A DNA stretch of 64,000 nucleotides, from NCBI RefSeq assembly GCF_006345805.1, contig NC_043017.1, positions 4,898,001 through 4,962,000 of the forward strand. Direction: 5' to 3'. How positions within the stretch are numbered: position 1 is the first letter of the stretch; each line of letters opens with the position of its first letter. The position numbers and the translations under genes are program-made. Source of the stretch: Octopus sinensis. Taxonomy: Eukaryota. Below the pieces are notes generated by a model that was not told the DNA's origin, ran no database searches, and saw nothing but the letters and a program-made list of their open reading frames with translations. Positions 1-12,475 of the stretch are shown one piece after another.

Positions 1-40
1 GTAAAGTAATTAGCGAATCTCTTCTATCTCTTTACACCCA

Positions 41-185
41 TCATCATCGTTTAACATCCTCTTCCCATGCTAGCATGGTTGGGATGGTTTCACAAGCCGA
101 AGCCTGCACCAGACTTCTGTGACCCTCTTAGCATGATTTTTACAGCTGGATGCCCTTCCTAACACCAACCACTCAGCAGAGTGGA
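41..185 (-). mobile_element. RTE-LINE 3' end fragment (family C)
   Basis: catcatcatcgtttaac...catgctagcatgg...ggatgcccttcctaacaccaaccactc, the motif that is contiguous with RTE ORF2 at 6826-7619 and 51110-52710. Confidence 0.75.
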
Positions 186-194
186 GTTCAAAAA

Positions 195-600
195 GGCGAC
201 AAAGCTGGCAGAGATGTTAGCAAAGGTGGGCGAAATGCTTAGTGGTATTTCGTCTGCCGTTATGTTCTGAGTTCAAATTCTGCCGAGGTCATCTCTGCCT
301 TTCATCCTTTTGGGATCGATACATAAAGTACCAGTTACACACTGGGGTCGATGTAATTGACTTAATCCCTTTATCTGTCATTGTTTGTCCCCTCTATGTT
401 TAGCCCCTTGTGGGCAATAAAGATATAAGAGTGGAGTTCAAATCCTACCCAGGTCGACTTTGCCTTTTATCTGTTTGTGGGGGCAGGTGAGGTGGGCAGC
501 GATAAACTAAAGTACCAGACAAGTGCTGGTGGCATTGATATAATTAACTTACCCTCCGCCCCTGAAATTACTGGCCTTGTGCCAAAATTTGAAACCCATA
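195..600 (+). mobile_element. tRNA-headed SINE family B, one near-full copy plus a partial copy
   Basis: A-box-like ctggcagagatgttagc, B-box-like gagttcaaattc, body gcctttcatccttt..gatcgat..aagtaccag, tail tttagccccttgtggg; repeated more than 12 times in the window. Confidence 0.8.
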
Positions 601-1137
601 TATGTTTAGGCATGCATGATTGCATTCACACTTTGTTAAGATAATTTGTTTTTATTCTTTGTTTGTCTGGTAATTGTCGACTTCACGCTTGATTAGACAC
701 AAGAGTTTTTCAAAAGAACTCTTGTTTTTTGTCTTTTGCAAAACAAAACAGATTTTTGTCTTGATTTATGCGCATAACTATCCCACTTAACTTTCTGTGT
801 GTCTGTGCGTGTATACACAGACACACATATATGCGCATACACACATATACACCCTGTAAGTTATGTGAAGTGATTTAATTATATATACAAAGTACTCAAG
901 TGTGGTTGAAACCACTCATGCATGCTTTATGCTGATTTCTGTCACCCCTCCCTCCTTTCTACTCCTCCTCCTCCTCTTTTTCCACTCCTACCACCACCAC
1001 CACCCAAGTAAATAATTTGTTGCTAATTAGTTAACATAACTTATTCCAATCAATAAATAACTAATTTCTTAATTATTACTACAAAACAAACGATAGGTTT
1101 TTTTTTTCCTTTTGTGTGTGTTTGTTTGTTTGTTTTC

Positions 1138-1208
<71 letters not shown>

Positions 1209-1228
1209 AGAAAGAAAGAAAGAAAGAA
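1138..1228. repeat. (AAGA)n microsatellite
   Basis: Directly visible. Confidence 0.95.
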
Positions 1229-1431
1229 GCCTAATGGATGTGTTTTGTAGGACGAAAGATAGGAGGAAAGAAGGGAAGGAAGTGAAGTGTGGGGGCAGGG
1301 GTGGTGGTGGAGAGGAGGTCTTTTTAGCTTTTTTTTTCTCATATTTTTATATTTTTGCCAGATTTTGTGAAAAGCATTTATCTTTATATCCAGTTTTGAG
1401 ACAGACACATTGGGTGAACGGTTTTAAAGTT

Positions 1432-1697
1432 TAAAACAACAGCAATAATAACAACAACAACAACAACAACAACAAATAATAATGATAATAATAATGATAA
1501 TAATAATAATGATAATAATAATGATAATAATAATAATGATAATAATAATAATAATAATGATAATAATAATGATAATAATAAAAATGATAATAATAATAAT
1601 GATAATAATAATAATAATGATAATAATAATGATAATAATAATAATGATAATAATAATAATGATAATGATAATAATAATAACAATAATAATAATAATA
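1432..1697. repeat. (AAC)n/(AAT)n/(GAT) microsatellite
   Basis: Directly visible; source of the poly-I/L/Y ORFs. Confidence 0.95.
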
Positions 1698-1855
1698 AGT
1701 TCTGGGGTCGATTTGTTTGACTAAAGGCGGTGCTCCAGCATGGCCACAGTCAAATGACTGAAACAAGTAAAAGAGTTTAAGAATAATATACAAAGGTTAA
1801 GAAAAGGGGGAAAAGGGTGGGTGGGTGGGATGATGTAGATGTAGTCATCCTGGTA

Positions 1856-1879
<24 letters not shown>

Positions 1880-1888
<9 letters not shown>

Positions 1889-2075
1889 CTTTTTGCTAAA
1901 GGCATAATGCCTGAAACTTGGTGGGAGGGAGACTAGTTGATTACATTGACCCCAGTATTTCACTGGTACTTAATTTATCGACCTCACAAGAATGGAAGGC
2001 AAAGTCAGCCTTGGTGGAATTTGAACTCGGAATGTAGCAATGAGTGAAATACCTGCTAAGCATTTTGTCTAGTTT
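1880..2075 (-). mobile_element. SINE family B
   Basis: gaccccagtatttcactggtacttaatttatcgacc...ggcaaagtcagccttggtggaatttgaactc. Confidence 0.75.
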
Positions 2076-2383
2076 GCTAAAACTAATAATAATAATAAGA
2101 GGAGGAAAAATAAAAATTTATTTTATGGTTTATTTTTGTTTATGTTTTGAATTACATATCTATGGGGGCACCAAAATCTTTTAAGCGCTTAGGGTCTGTA
2201 GGGGTCTTTATCCAGCCCTGACTGTTTTGGTAATCTTTACAATGGACTCAGTTGATAGCTGGACCCATCTTACATGTGACCATAGTTGTTTGACATAACT
2301 CTACAAATCAGCAATGTTTCGGCCCTGGAAGAGAGTGTGTAGAGTCATACCAGCCATGACCTTCCCATCATTATTCCATTACA

Positions 2384-2483
2384 NNNNNNNNNNNNNNNNN
2401 NNNNNNNNNNNNNNNNNNNNNNNNNNNNNNNNNNNNNNNNNNNNNNNNNNNNNNNNNNNNNNNNNNNNNNNNNNNNNNNNNNN
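2384..2483. other. Assembly gap (100 N)
   Basis: Exactly 100 Ns, typical of a scaffold join; true spacing across the gap is unknown. Confidence 0.98.
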
Positions 2484-2771
2484 CATACACACACACACAC
2501 ACACACATATATATACATATACACTCCCATATACATATATATGCACACACACACACACACACATGCACACATATTTAATCATTGTTCTACCGTATCTGCC
2601 TGCCACACAGTCTGTTCCATTCAGCTGACGCACTCCACCACCACACCACCACCACTACATCTACCCCGTCTACCTTCCCCCCCCCCTCCATCTACCCCTC
2701 CCTCGCTCCTCATCCACCCCAGTTCTCTGTGAAATGTGTCTGACATCCAGTACATCTTGGATCCTTAAGAT

Positions 2772-2838
2772 ATGGTGGCAGCCACGGCCACCACCACCAA
2801 AATGTTCATTATACAAAAGTTACTAAAAGGAATTTTCG
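2772..2838 (+). CDS. Weak candidate first coding exon MVAATATTTKMFIIQKLLKGIF, product unknown
   Basis: ATG after an in-frame stop, open to cg|gtaagt donor at 2839; no homology recognised. Confidence 0.15.
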
Positions 2839-3149
2839 GTAAGTCTCATTATTGCTAGAGATTGTTGCTGTTGTTGTTGTTGTTGTTGTCGAGGAAGGTG
2901 GAGTTATATTGTTGTTATGGCATTATTGTTGTTAAGATGTTGTTATTGGTACGATACTGTTGTTGTTATTGTGGTGGTGTTATTATAAAGGTGTTACTGG
3001 GATTATGTTATGTTTGTTTTTATTGTTACGATATTGATATTTATTATTCTGGGTAGTATTGAAGTGTGATCCATGATAAAGGTATCGTTGGTATTGGTAG
3101 CACCCTGTTTAGCATCGTTTGTTTGTTGTTGCTATTCCTGTTGCTATAG

Positions 3150-3578
3150 CCAGGAGGCGAGCTGGCAGAATCAGTAACACACCAGACAAAAATGCATAGC
3201 AACATTTTACCTGTTCTTATGTCCTGAGTTCAAATACTATCGCGGTCAACTGCACCATTTTTCCTCTCGGCGTCGCTAAATTAAGTATGAGTGAAACACT
3301 GGGGTCGATATAACCGACTAGTCCCCTCTCAATAAATTTCAGGCCTTGTGCCTTTAGTAGAAAGGATTATTATTATAAGGGTGGCGAGATGACAGAATAG
3401 TTAGCATGCCAGGCAAAATCCTTGGCTGTATTTCATCCGTCTTTACGTTCCGAGTTCAAATTCCACCGAGGTCGACTTTGCCTTTCATCCTTTCAGGGTT
3501 GATAAATTAAGTACCAGTTGCACACTGGGGTTGATGTAACTGACTTGTCCCTCACCCCTGCCAATTTCAGGCTTTATA

Positions 3579-3613
<35 letters not shown>

Positions 3614-3960
3614 ACTGTCAGGGTCAATGAAATGAGTACCAGTTATGCACTGGGGTCAATGTAATCGACTTGTCCTCTCTCCCCAAAATTCCAGGTCTGG
3701 TGCCTTTAGTAGAAAGGGTTATTGTTATTATTATTGTTATTATTATTATTATTAAGGCAGTGAGCTGGCAGAATTGTTAGCATATCGGACAAAATGGTTT
3801 AGCAGTATTTTGTCTGTTTTAATGTTTTGTGTTCAAATTCAGTTCAAGTCAGTCATGCATTTCATCCTTTTGGGTTGATAAGATGAAGTACCTGAAGTAC
3901 CAGTTAACTAGTGGGGTGAATGTAATCAGCTGGCCCCTTTCTTCTGCCTGAATTAGAAAG
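3150..3960 (+). mobile_element. Four consecutive SINE family B copies separated by (ATT)n/(TA)n
   Basis: Repeated gagctggcagaa..gagttcaaat..cactggggtcgat blocks starting near 3150, 3380, 3620 (partial) and 3755. Confidence 0.75.
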
Positions 3961-4269
3961 GATTGGGGTTGTTACAGCAGTGTTGCTGTCTGAACTTTCG
4001 TATTTGTCTTGAACTGTATTTTTTAGAAAATTTATTGGTTTTAGTATCATATTTTTATGTAGGTATAATATATATATATATATATATACATACACACACA
4101 CACACACACTTTCATATAATGCGTATAGTATTTATACACAAAAGAAAAGACCCTTGACAGGATGCCTTACATACTAGAGAGGGCAGCCAAACCCAAGCCA
4201 CATGCTAACCACTGGTATGAAATTCTTCTAAATTTTCAACCCTTGTAATTTTCACAGTATATATATATA

Positions 4270-4323
<54 letters not shown>

Positions 4324-4962
4324 GTATTTCTATTTCTATACACGTGGTGTCCATTCACATATCCAGATGTTGTAAGCGGAACCTTCAGGATTTTTTTAAA
4401 GTGTTGTGCCACAGCATGGCCACAACCTCTAGCTGAAACCAATAGAAGAATATATATACACACACGCATCCACACGTGAATACTTTCTGATACACGTATG
4501 CACCCTCTCACCCAGGTACCCAACTATACATGCATAAATAAATACATACATACATGCACATACATATATATGGATGCATACATACGTATGTATGTATATA
4601 TGCACATACATACAGACACATATATATGCACACATACACACACACGTGTGTGTGTGTGTACATACAATACAAAGCATGGAGTATCATTCCTATCACAGTG
4701 TCTGGTTAATGAAATTCACTCTTCTACTAAATAACATTCGCACACGTGTGTGTGTACATACACACACACCCAGATGCACACACATGTATTACACGTACAC
4801 ACACTCTCCTACTGTTTATATCAAAATACAGCTGTTTCTCTTCAGTATAATAGTTACTTTTACTCCACTTATCTCTCTTTTTTTCCTAAACCATTAACTT
4901 TCATACACATACACAGCATACCTCTCTCTCTCTCTCTCTGTATATATATATATATATATATA

Positions 4963-5290
4963 TCATCATCATCATCATCATCATCGTTTAACATCCGTTT
5001 TACGTGCTAGCACGGGTTGGATGGTTCGACCGGGGTCTGGGAAGCCAGAAGGCTGCACCAGACTCCAGTCTGATCTGGCAGTGTTTCTACAGCTGGATGC
5101 CCTTCCTAACGCCAACCACTCCGTGAGTGTAGTAGGTGCTTTTTACGTGCCACCCGCACAGATGCCAGGGGAGGCTGGTAGCAGCCACGATCGGTTGGTG
5201 CCTTTTACGTGCCACTGTCACAGAAGACAGTCAAGGCGCGCTGGCATTGGCCACGTTTGGATGGTGCTCTTTACGTGCCACCAGCATAGG
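4963..5290 (-). mobile_element. RTE-LINE 3' UTR fragment (family C), well conserved
   Basis: (CAT)n tail, gggttggatggttcgaccgggg...ggatgcccttcctaacgccaaccactcc...ttttacgtgccac modules. Confidence 0.85.
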
Positions 5291-5330
5291 TATCACAACT
5301 ACAATTTCCATTTGATATATATATATATAG

Positions 5331-5491
5331 GTGCAGGAGTGGCAGTGTAGTAAGTAGCTTGCTTACTAACCACATGGTTCTGGGTTCAGTCCCACTGTGT
5401 AACACGTTGGGCAAGTGTCTTCTACTATAGCCTTGGGCTGACCAAAGCCATGTGAGTGGATGTGGCAGACGGAAACTGAAAGAAGCCCGTC

Positions 5492-5535
<44 letters not shown>

Positions 5536-5750
5536 TGTGTGTGTGTGTGTGTGTATATTTGTGTGTCTGTGTTTGTCTCCCCACCATCACTTCACAACCG
5601 ATGTTGGTGTGTTTATGTCCCTGTCACTTAGCGGTTTGGTGAAAAGAGACTGATAGAATAAGTACTAGGCTTACAAAGAATAAGTCCTGGTGTCGATTTG
5701 CTCAACTAAAAGCTGTGCTCCAGCATGGCCGCAGTCAAAACAAGAAAAAG
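5331..5750 (+). mobile_element. tRNA-headed SINE family A, full length, with internal (TA)n(TG)n
   Basis: gcaggagtggcagtgtagtaag..gggttcagtcccactg..ttgggcaagtgtcttctactatagcc..ggaaactgaaagaagccc [microsatellite] ..gctccagcatggccgcagtc; more than 20 copies or fragments in the window. Confidence 0.85.
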
Positions 5751-5794
5751 AACAGAAATAAATATATATATATACATCATATATATATATATAT

Positions 5795-6198
5795 ATACTC
5801 TTTTGCTTGTTTCAGTCGTTTGACTGTGGCTATGCTGGAGCACCACCTTTAGTTGAATAAGTCGACCCCAGGACTTATTCATTGTTAGCCTAGTACTTTT
5901 TCTATCAGTCTCTTTTTGCCGAACCGCTAGGTGACGGGGACATAAACACGCCAACATCGGTTGTCAAGCGATGGTGGGGAGATAAACACAGACAAACGAC
6001 AAACATACACACACACACACACATATATATATATACGATGACCTTCTTTCAGTTTCCATCTACCAAATCCACTCACAAGGCTTTGGTCGGCCCGAGGCTG
6101 TAGTAGAAGTCACTTGCCCAAGGTGCCACACAGTGGGACTGAATCTGGAACAATGTGGTTGGTAAGCAAGCTACTTACCACACAGCCACTCCTGCACC
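5795..6198 (-). mobile_element. SINE family A, full length, tail-to-tail with the previous copy
   Basis: Reverse complement of the same consensus from tail to head. Confidence 0.85.
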
Positions 6199-6825
6199 TG
6201 TATATATACACACAACATACACATATGTATACTTACATGTATGCAGAAATATATATATATATACACACACATACACACAGTCACATACACACAAACATGT
6301 ATGTGTGCTTTTATTTATGTGTGTGTGTGTGTGTGTGTGTGTACTTACATTTATTTCGTTATTTCTCTTTTGTTCCTTCATGTCACACAACTTCACAGTT
6401 CAATAAGCGAAGATCAATACAATAAGCATCAGACTACAATATATTCTAGTAGCAAATTTATTGGCTAAAAATCTTTGAAAGGGTTGCTCCAGCATGACCG
6501 TGGTTCAGTGATTGGAACCAGTGAAACAATAAAAGTACACCGACACTCACGCATATACAAACACATACTCATGTGTGTACACACACACACACACACACGC
6601 ATGTGTCTACACGTACATATATGTCATAGTAAATGTGTTAGTTATTTGTGCTGCTGTGTAGTGCTCCAGTATGGTCACGGTCCATTGGCTTGAACTAGGG
6701 AAGAAATAATAGAACACATGCATACACACACACACACACGCCCATGTATGTAGATGCATCTATGTAGTACTATATGCATTTACAAGCACCCATGTGAGCA
6801 TACATACACATATATATATACATAC

Positions 6826-7619
6826 ATCATCATCATCATTTAACCTCTGCTTTCCATGCTAGCATGGGTTGGACAATTAGACTGAGGACTGGTGAACCAG
6901 ATGGCTGCACTAGGCTCCAATCTGATCTGGCAGAGTTTCTACAGCTTGATGCCCTTCCTAATGCCAACCACTCTGTGAGTGTAGTGGGTGCTTTTACATG
7001 CCACCAGCACGAGGGCCAGTCAAGCGGTACTGGCAACGGCCACGCTCAAATGGTGTTTTTTATGTGCCACCTGCACGGGAGCCAGTCCAGCGGCACTGGC
7101 AACGACCTTGCTTGAATGTTTTGTTCACGTGCCAGTGAGGCAACGCTGATAATGCTGGTGCTTTTTATGTGCCATCGGCATGGAAGCCAGTTAGCTGCTC
7201 TGACAACGATTATGCTCAGATGGTGTTCTTAGTGCTCCACTAGCACGGATGCCAGTCATCGAATTTGATTTTGATTTTACTTGCCTCAACAGGTCTTCGC
7301 AAGCAGAGTTTAGTGTCCAAGGAAGGAAAGGTATGCATAAGTAGGCTGGTTACACCCCTGGCATAGGCCACGGGTTATGGTCTCATTTGGCTTGCCGGGT
7401 GTTCTCAAGCACAGCATATTCCCAAAGGCATCGGTCACTAGTCATTGCCTCGGTGAGGCCTAATGTTCGAAGGCCATGCTTCACCACTTCATCCCAGGTC
7501 TTCCTGGGTCTACCTCTTCTACAGGTTTCCTTAACTGCTAGGGTGTGGCACTTTTGCACAATGCTATCGTCATCCGTTCTCACCACATGACCATACCAGT
7601 GCAGTCGTCTCTCTTGCAC
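6826..7619 (-). mobile_element. 5'-truncated RTE-clade LINE: ORF2 C-terminus (7383-7619) plus ~550 nt 3' UTR and (GAT)n tail
   Basis: VQERRLHWYGHVVR...GRPRKTWDEVVKHGLRTLGLTEAMTSDRCLW matches the RTE RT C-terminal motif RLRWxGHVxR..GRPxxxW..DRxxW. Confidence 0.9.
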
Positions 7620-7794
7620 ACACACATATATATATATATATACACACACACATATTTATATACACACATGCATGCACACACACACACACACCTTTATAAA
7701 TGTGTGTGGGTGCGTGGGTGTAAGTTATTTGGCTGAAATTATTTATCAGGCTTGATAAGTGCCAATGTACCAAAGCTCACAGCATTTGAATCAC

Positions 7795-8150
7795 TTTGTA
7801 ACATCTGCCAGTGTATCAAGAAGCTTGCTTACCAACCACATGGTTCTGGGTTCAATCCTGCTGTGTTGCACCTTGGGCAAGTGTCTTTTACAGTAGCATT
7901 GGGAATGACCAAAGCTTTGTGAGAGGATTTGGTGGAACAGAAACTGAAAGAAGCCCGTTGTATATTTATACGTGTGTGTGTCTTTGTGTCTGTGTTTGTC
8001 CACACCCTCCACTTAACAACCAGTGTTGGTTTGTTTACACCCTCAAAACAGCAAAGACAGGGTTCGATTGATTCATTTGACTTAGAACATCTTTGAAAGC
8101 GGTGCTCCAGCATGGCCACAGTCTAATATAATAACTGAAGTAAGAAAACA
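7795..8150 (+). mobile_element. SINE family A
   Basis: Head, core and tail motifs as at 5331-5750. Confidence 0.8.
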
Positions 8151-8639
8151 CGAAAGTCATGTATATTAATATTTTAAACTCCATTTCCCTCCGTATATTG
8201 CCAAACCTATATCTGTGTGTGTCTGTCTGTCTGTCTGTGTGTGTGTGTGTGTGTGTGTGCTTGTATGACTGTTTGTCCTGTATATGTATAAAGGTGTGTG
8301 TGTTTATAAATACACACACACACGTATATAGATATGTACTCAGACAAACATACCTGAAACGTTTTGTTTGCTGTTCAATATAATAAATAATAAAAGCTCG
8401 TTAATAACAGCTGTGACTTGTCCAGGTTAGATTTTTATTGAACATTATGTAAATATTTTCAGCAAAGTTTATTTGAGAAATTGTATTTGGAATGAATTTT
8501 TGGGTCAGCACAGTTATCTCCCTTGAAATAGTTCACTCTTTATAATTTTCACCTGCTAGGAGCATCATCATCATCATCATCATCATCATTTTACTGTTCA
8601 CTTTTCTATGCTTGTTTGGGTAGTATGGAGTTTTAATTG

Positions 8640-8790
8640 CGGCAGGTTTTCTACAGCCAGAGGTACTTTTTTTTCGCTGACCATCACCATGTTTCAATGG
8701 AAGATTGGAAATGACCGACACTGCTTGTATGACAGTGACAATCATTTACAACTATCACATGATGTCCAGACAAGGACACACACGCACACA
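8640..8790 (+). mobile_element. Interspersed repeat family D fragment (related copies near 15960-16110, 33480-33640 minus, 55560-55700, 59470-59590)
   Basis: Shared segments across copies: ttttctac.gctggatgc..ttcct..caacc..cacct.tttcc.a.caagg.aatatttccc and acactgcttgtatga..gtga...tttacaac.atca..tgatgtc; not every copy has both. Confidence 0.6.
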
Positions 8791-8967
8791 CACTCTCTCA
8801 CATACATATAAATATATGTAAATAATATATATCTATAATAAATATATAATATATAGATAATATATACATACACACACACACATATATATAATATATACAT
8901 ATATAATATATATATTATACATACATTTATATATATAATATATACATACATACATACATATACATAT

Positions 8968-9182
8968 TTCAAAATGTGACCACGTGTGTACCGTTGGCGA
9001 TTTTTTCCTCCGTCTTCCCTTCTTTGGATCTTTCCTTTTCCTATGTTTCTGACGAAGAGCTCCGCTCGAAACGTAAAGCCCTCCTTCTTCCCTTCCTTCT
9101 GAGCATCCAATAATTCTATATTTGTTCCACGTCCTCACGTTGTTGTGTTTTTTTTCTTTGTATTTTCATGTTTGGATTAACT
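8968..9182 (+). mobile_element. ~215-bp hammerhead-bearing element (Penelope-like pLTR or retrozyme-like), subfamily 1, in (TA)n
   Basis: Second copy with matching ends at 54628-54840; carries CTGACGA-A-GAGC-tcc-GCTC-GAAA-CGTA. Confidence 0.7.
9045..9079 (+). ncRNA. Minimal type-I hammerhead ribozyme motif (GUA cleavage triplet)
   Basis: Stem I gttt/aagc, core CUGACGA, stem II GAGC/GCUC, GAAA, palindromic ACGU stem III. Confidence 0.7.
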
Positions 9183-9186
9183 TTAT

Positions 9187-9258
<72 letters not shown>

Positions 9259-9312
9259 TATATTATACATACATATATATATATATTTATTCACACACAC
9301 GCATATAAATAA

Positions 9313-9346
<34 letters not shown>

Positions 9347-9374
9347 CATATGCGTGTGTTAGTATATATAATTG

Positions 9375-9600
9375 AGTGTACATGGCCTAGTGGTTAGGGT
9401 GTTGCACTCACAATTGCTAGATCGTGAGATCAATTCCGAGACTGGGTTATTGTGTTGTGTTCTTGAGCAAAACACTTCATCTTGTGTTGCTCTGTGATCC
9501 CTTCGACCCCTGATGCATGGTACACTGTGCACCTGTCCAGGTAACGTTGATTTAATGGAGGGAGTGAGCTAAGGTGTGGCATGAGAATCTGATCCTTATA
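9375..9600 (+). mobile_element. tRNA-headed SINE (family E-type head)
   Basis: A-box tggcctagtggttagg, B-box-like gatcaattcc, gtgttcttgagcaaaacacttc; related head on the minus strand at 61460-61680. Confidence 0.6.
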
Positions 9601-10756
9601 AACAAATCATTTGTGGAGGTCATTCAGCAAAAGCTGAACCGTCATACATTGTCTTTGACGGAACAGTCCGTCATGTCTGTACGTATAAGTCTGTATATAT
9701 GTATGACAGACTTCTTTCAGTTTCCATCTACCAAATCCATTCACAAGGCTTTGGTTGGCCTGAGACTATAGCCCAAGGTGTCTCAAAGTAGGACTGAACC
9801 TAGAACCATGTGGTTGGGAAGTAAACTTCTTACCACACAACCACACCTATATGTGTCCATGTTTAGATATTTGACCCTTCTCAGTGCCAACTGGTCACAT
9901 GGTTCACGGTTTTGTACATTCAGCAGCACTGTTAAATTGAGGAGTGTTGTTTTTTTAACCCCTGGCCAGCCCTGATCTAGCTGAATTCTGATCGGTGTCA
10001 TAACAGCTAAGACCATCTCTAATATCATTTACACATAGTCTATCTAGGACTACTTTAATCAGTGTGTTCTTCTAATTTTCAGATGATAGGCTATGATGCA
10101 AGTAAAGTTTAGCTATTATTTCTAGCAAAGAGGTTGTTACTGCTGTTGCTGTTGTTATAAGTAATGATGACGCCATTGTTGTCAAGTAGATTTAAGTGCA
10201 TGCCAGATATGACCATTCCGTCTTTTATTCAGACTGCTCTGCTTAATCTTTTTTTATTTTCTTTTAAGATGAAAGGATGTGATTTGAAGGTAATTTAGCT
10301 ATTATATCTAGCCAGTCAAATAATTGCATACAGACTCTATCAGTCATTTGTTCATGAATGCTTTGTTGGCTTTTAGCACAGAGCTCACTTCGTTGTGTAG
10401 GCCCCATCTGAAATCAACTCTAACTCAACAGTCAATGACACATACCTCTGGTCAGTTAATTAACTCCACATCTGACCCTACACACACCATATTAGCAAGT
10501 AATACCCTAGTAAAAGCCATGAAGGTCACTCAAGCTCATTCTCCTACTTTATAAAATTCCTTGGTGAATAAACAGAATCAATAATATTGAAACAGTGAAA
10601 GAATGATTTAGTATGGAATCCCCTGGAAATTATTCCTGTTTATTGCTGTCAATTATTTAATCTGAGAGATTATAGATGTATCGGTCAATATAATCATAAA
10701 TCTATATTCATATGTAGCTGCTTCCAGTCTGTTACGACTCTGCACCGTTACTGTAC

Positions 10757-10872
10757 CTCTGCCAAGAGACACTGCAATCTGTAAAACATTCTGATAGCAG
10801 ATTCTTCCCATTTGCTGCCAGTGCTTTGGTTAGCTGTAAACGTTTTAAAGCCAGGCAGATTCTGGGAGATAT
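10757..10872 (-). CDS. Candidate internal exon (D)ISQNLPGFKTFTANQSTGSKWEESAIRMFYRLQCLLAE, product unknown
   Basis: Acceptor tatttatatacag|, donor gag|gtacag, 116 nt open in unique sequence; a second frame is also open; no family recognised. Confidence 0.25.
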
Positions 10873-11064
10873 CTGTATATAAATACACACACTCACACAC
10901 ACACACACACACATACATACATACACACACACACATATATATACATACATACATACATACATATATATATATGCATAATATATATATGTATGCACACATG
11001 TATGTGTAAACACACATGTATGTGTATACACACACAAACGTGTGTGTGTATATCTCTTTTACTA

Positions 11065-11645
11065 ATTTACTCTTTTACTTGTTTCGGTCATTTGCCTGTG
11101 GCCATGCTGGAGCACCGCCTTTAGTCGAGCAAACTGACCCCAGGACTTATTCTTTGTAAGCCTAGTACTTATTCTATCAGTCTCTTTTGCCGAACCGCTA
11201 AGTTACAGGGATGTAAACACACCAGCATCGGTTGTTAAGCAATGTTGGGGAGACAAACACAGACACACAAACATATACGCTCATTACAAGGTCCTTAGAC
11301 CACTGAAAACCTAAGAGCTACTAGGATAAAATGGATGCGAGACAGAAGTCAATAGGGGACGATGTACATTAGACTTAAAAGACTGGAGGAGGACATATTG
11401 AAGAGGAAAACAAGACTTTGGAAGGGAATGCCAAAGTTCAGAGGTGCGAGGGAAGAAACTGGTACTGTAAAGGGCTTTACGACACTTAGGCTTACAGTTT
11501 CTGTCTGCCAAACCCATTCTTAAGACTTGACTGGCTTGGGATCATTGTAGGAGACACGTGCCAAAGTGACCTGCTGTGGGACTGAACCTGGAACCATGTA
11601 GTTGGTTAAGAAGCAAATTTCTTAACCACACAACCATGCCTACAC
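11065..11645 (-). mobile_element. SINE family A split by a LINE fragment
   Basis: 3' half at 11065-11275, head at 11530-11645, insert between them. Confidence 0.7.
11285..11520 (-). mobile_element. CR1/L2(Jockey-group)-like LINE ORF2 C-terminal fragment
   Basis: YSTSFFPRTSELWHSLPKSCFPLQYVLLQSFKSNVHR resembles the SFFxRTxxLWNxLPxxxFPxxYxLxxFKxxV terminus. Confidence 0.7.
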
Positions 11646-12129
11646 CTACTCATCTGTGTGTGTGTGTGTGTGTGTATGTGTGTGCATGTATCGACATATA
11701 TTTTTAATTTCAAGAGACAGAACCAAAATAGAAAAAAAAAAAATGGAAAAAAGCGGTTCTGTTTCTCTTTCTGTAAAGATCATCTTCTGTTTGACTTTTA
11801 AATAATGAATATATTTATATTTACAATTAATTGATTTTCAAATTAAGAAAGTTTTATTGATTTCACAATGTCAAATGTATTTGTTGGTTATTTGATACTT
11901 CTCTTGTGCAATGTTCCAGACACCCAGCAGTCAAAATAACTTTTAAAAAGAATTTTTTTTTTCTTTTTGCAAATAAGTCTGCTGGGAATTAACACATCAT
12001 TATCAGAATCCTAAAACACAGTTTTGGTAGAGTATTAGTGAAAATGTCAACAAGAATAATCATAATGATAATAATGATAATAATAATAATAATATATAAT
12101 AATAATAATAATAATAATAATTATACTAT

Positions 12130-12168
<39 letters not shown>

Positions 12169-12194
12169 TAATAATAATGAATAATAAAAATAAT

Positions 12195-12415
12195 AATGGC
12201 AATGATTCCTTTCTACAATAGGCGCAAGGCCTGAAAATTTTGGGGAGGGAGCTGGTCGATTGCATTGACCCCAGTGCGTAACTGGTACTTACTTTATCAA
12301 CCCCCCAGAAGGATGAAAGGCAAAGTCAGCCTGGGTGGAATTTGAATTCAGAATGTAAGGAAACAGAAAAATTGCTGCAAAGCATTTTGTCTGTCATGCT
12401 AATGACTGCTGCCTT
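12195..12415 (-). mobile_element. SINE family B with (AAT)n tail
   Basis: Family B consensus, reverse strand. Confidence 0.8.
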
Positions 12416-12475
12416 ACTACTGCTGCTACTACTACTACTACTACTACTAATAATAATAATAATAATAATAATAAA

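Noticed and set aside
195-290. tRNA genes at SINE heads (families A, B, E, F)
   Set aside because: Only A/B boxes are present; no complete cloverleaf or acceptor stem, and each continues into a SINE body.
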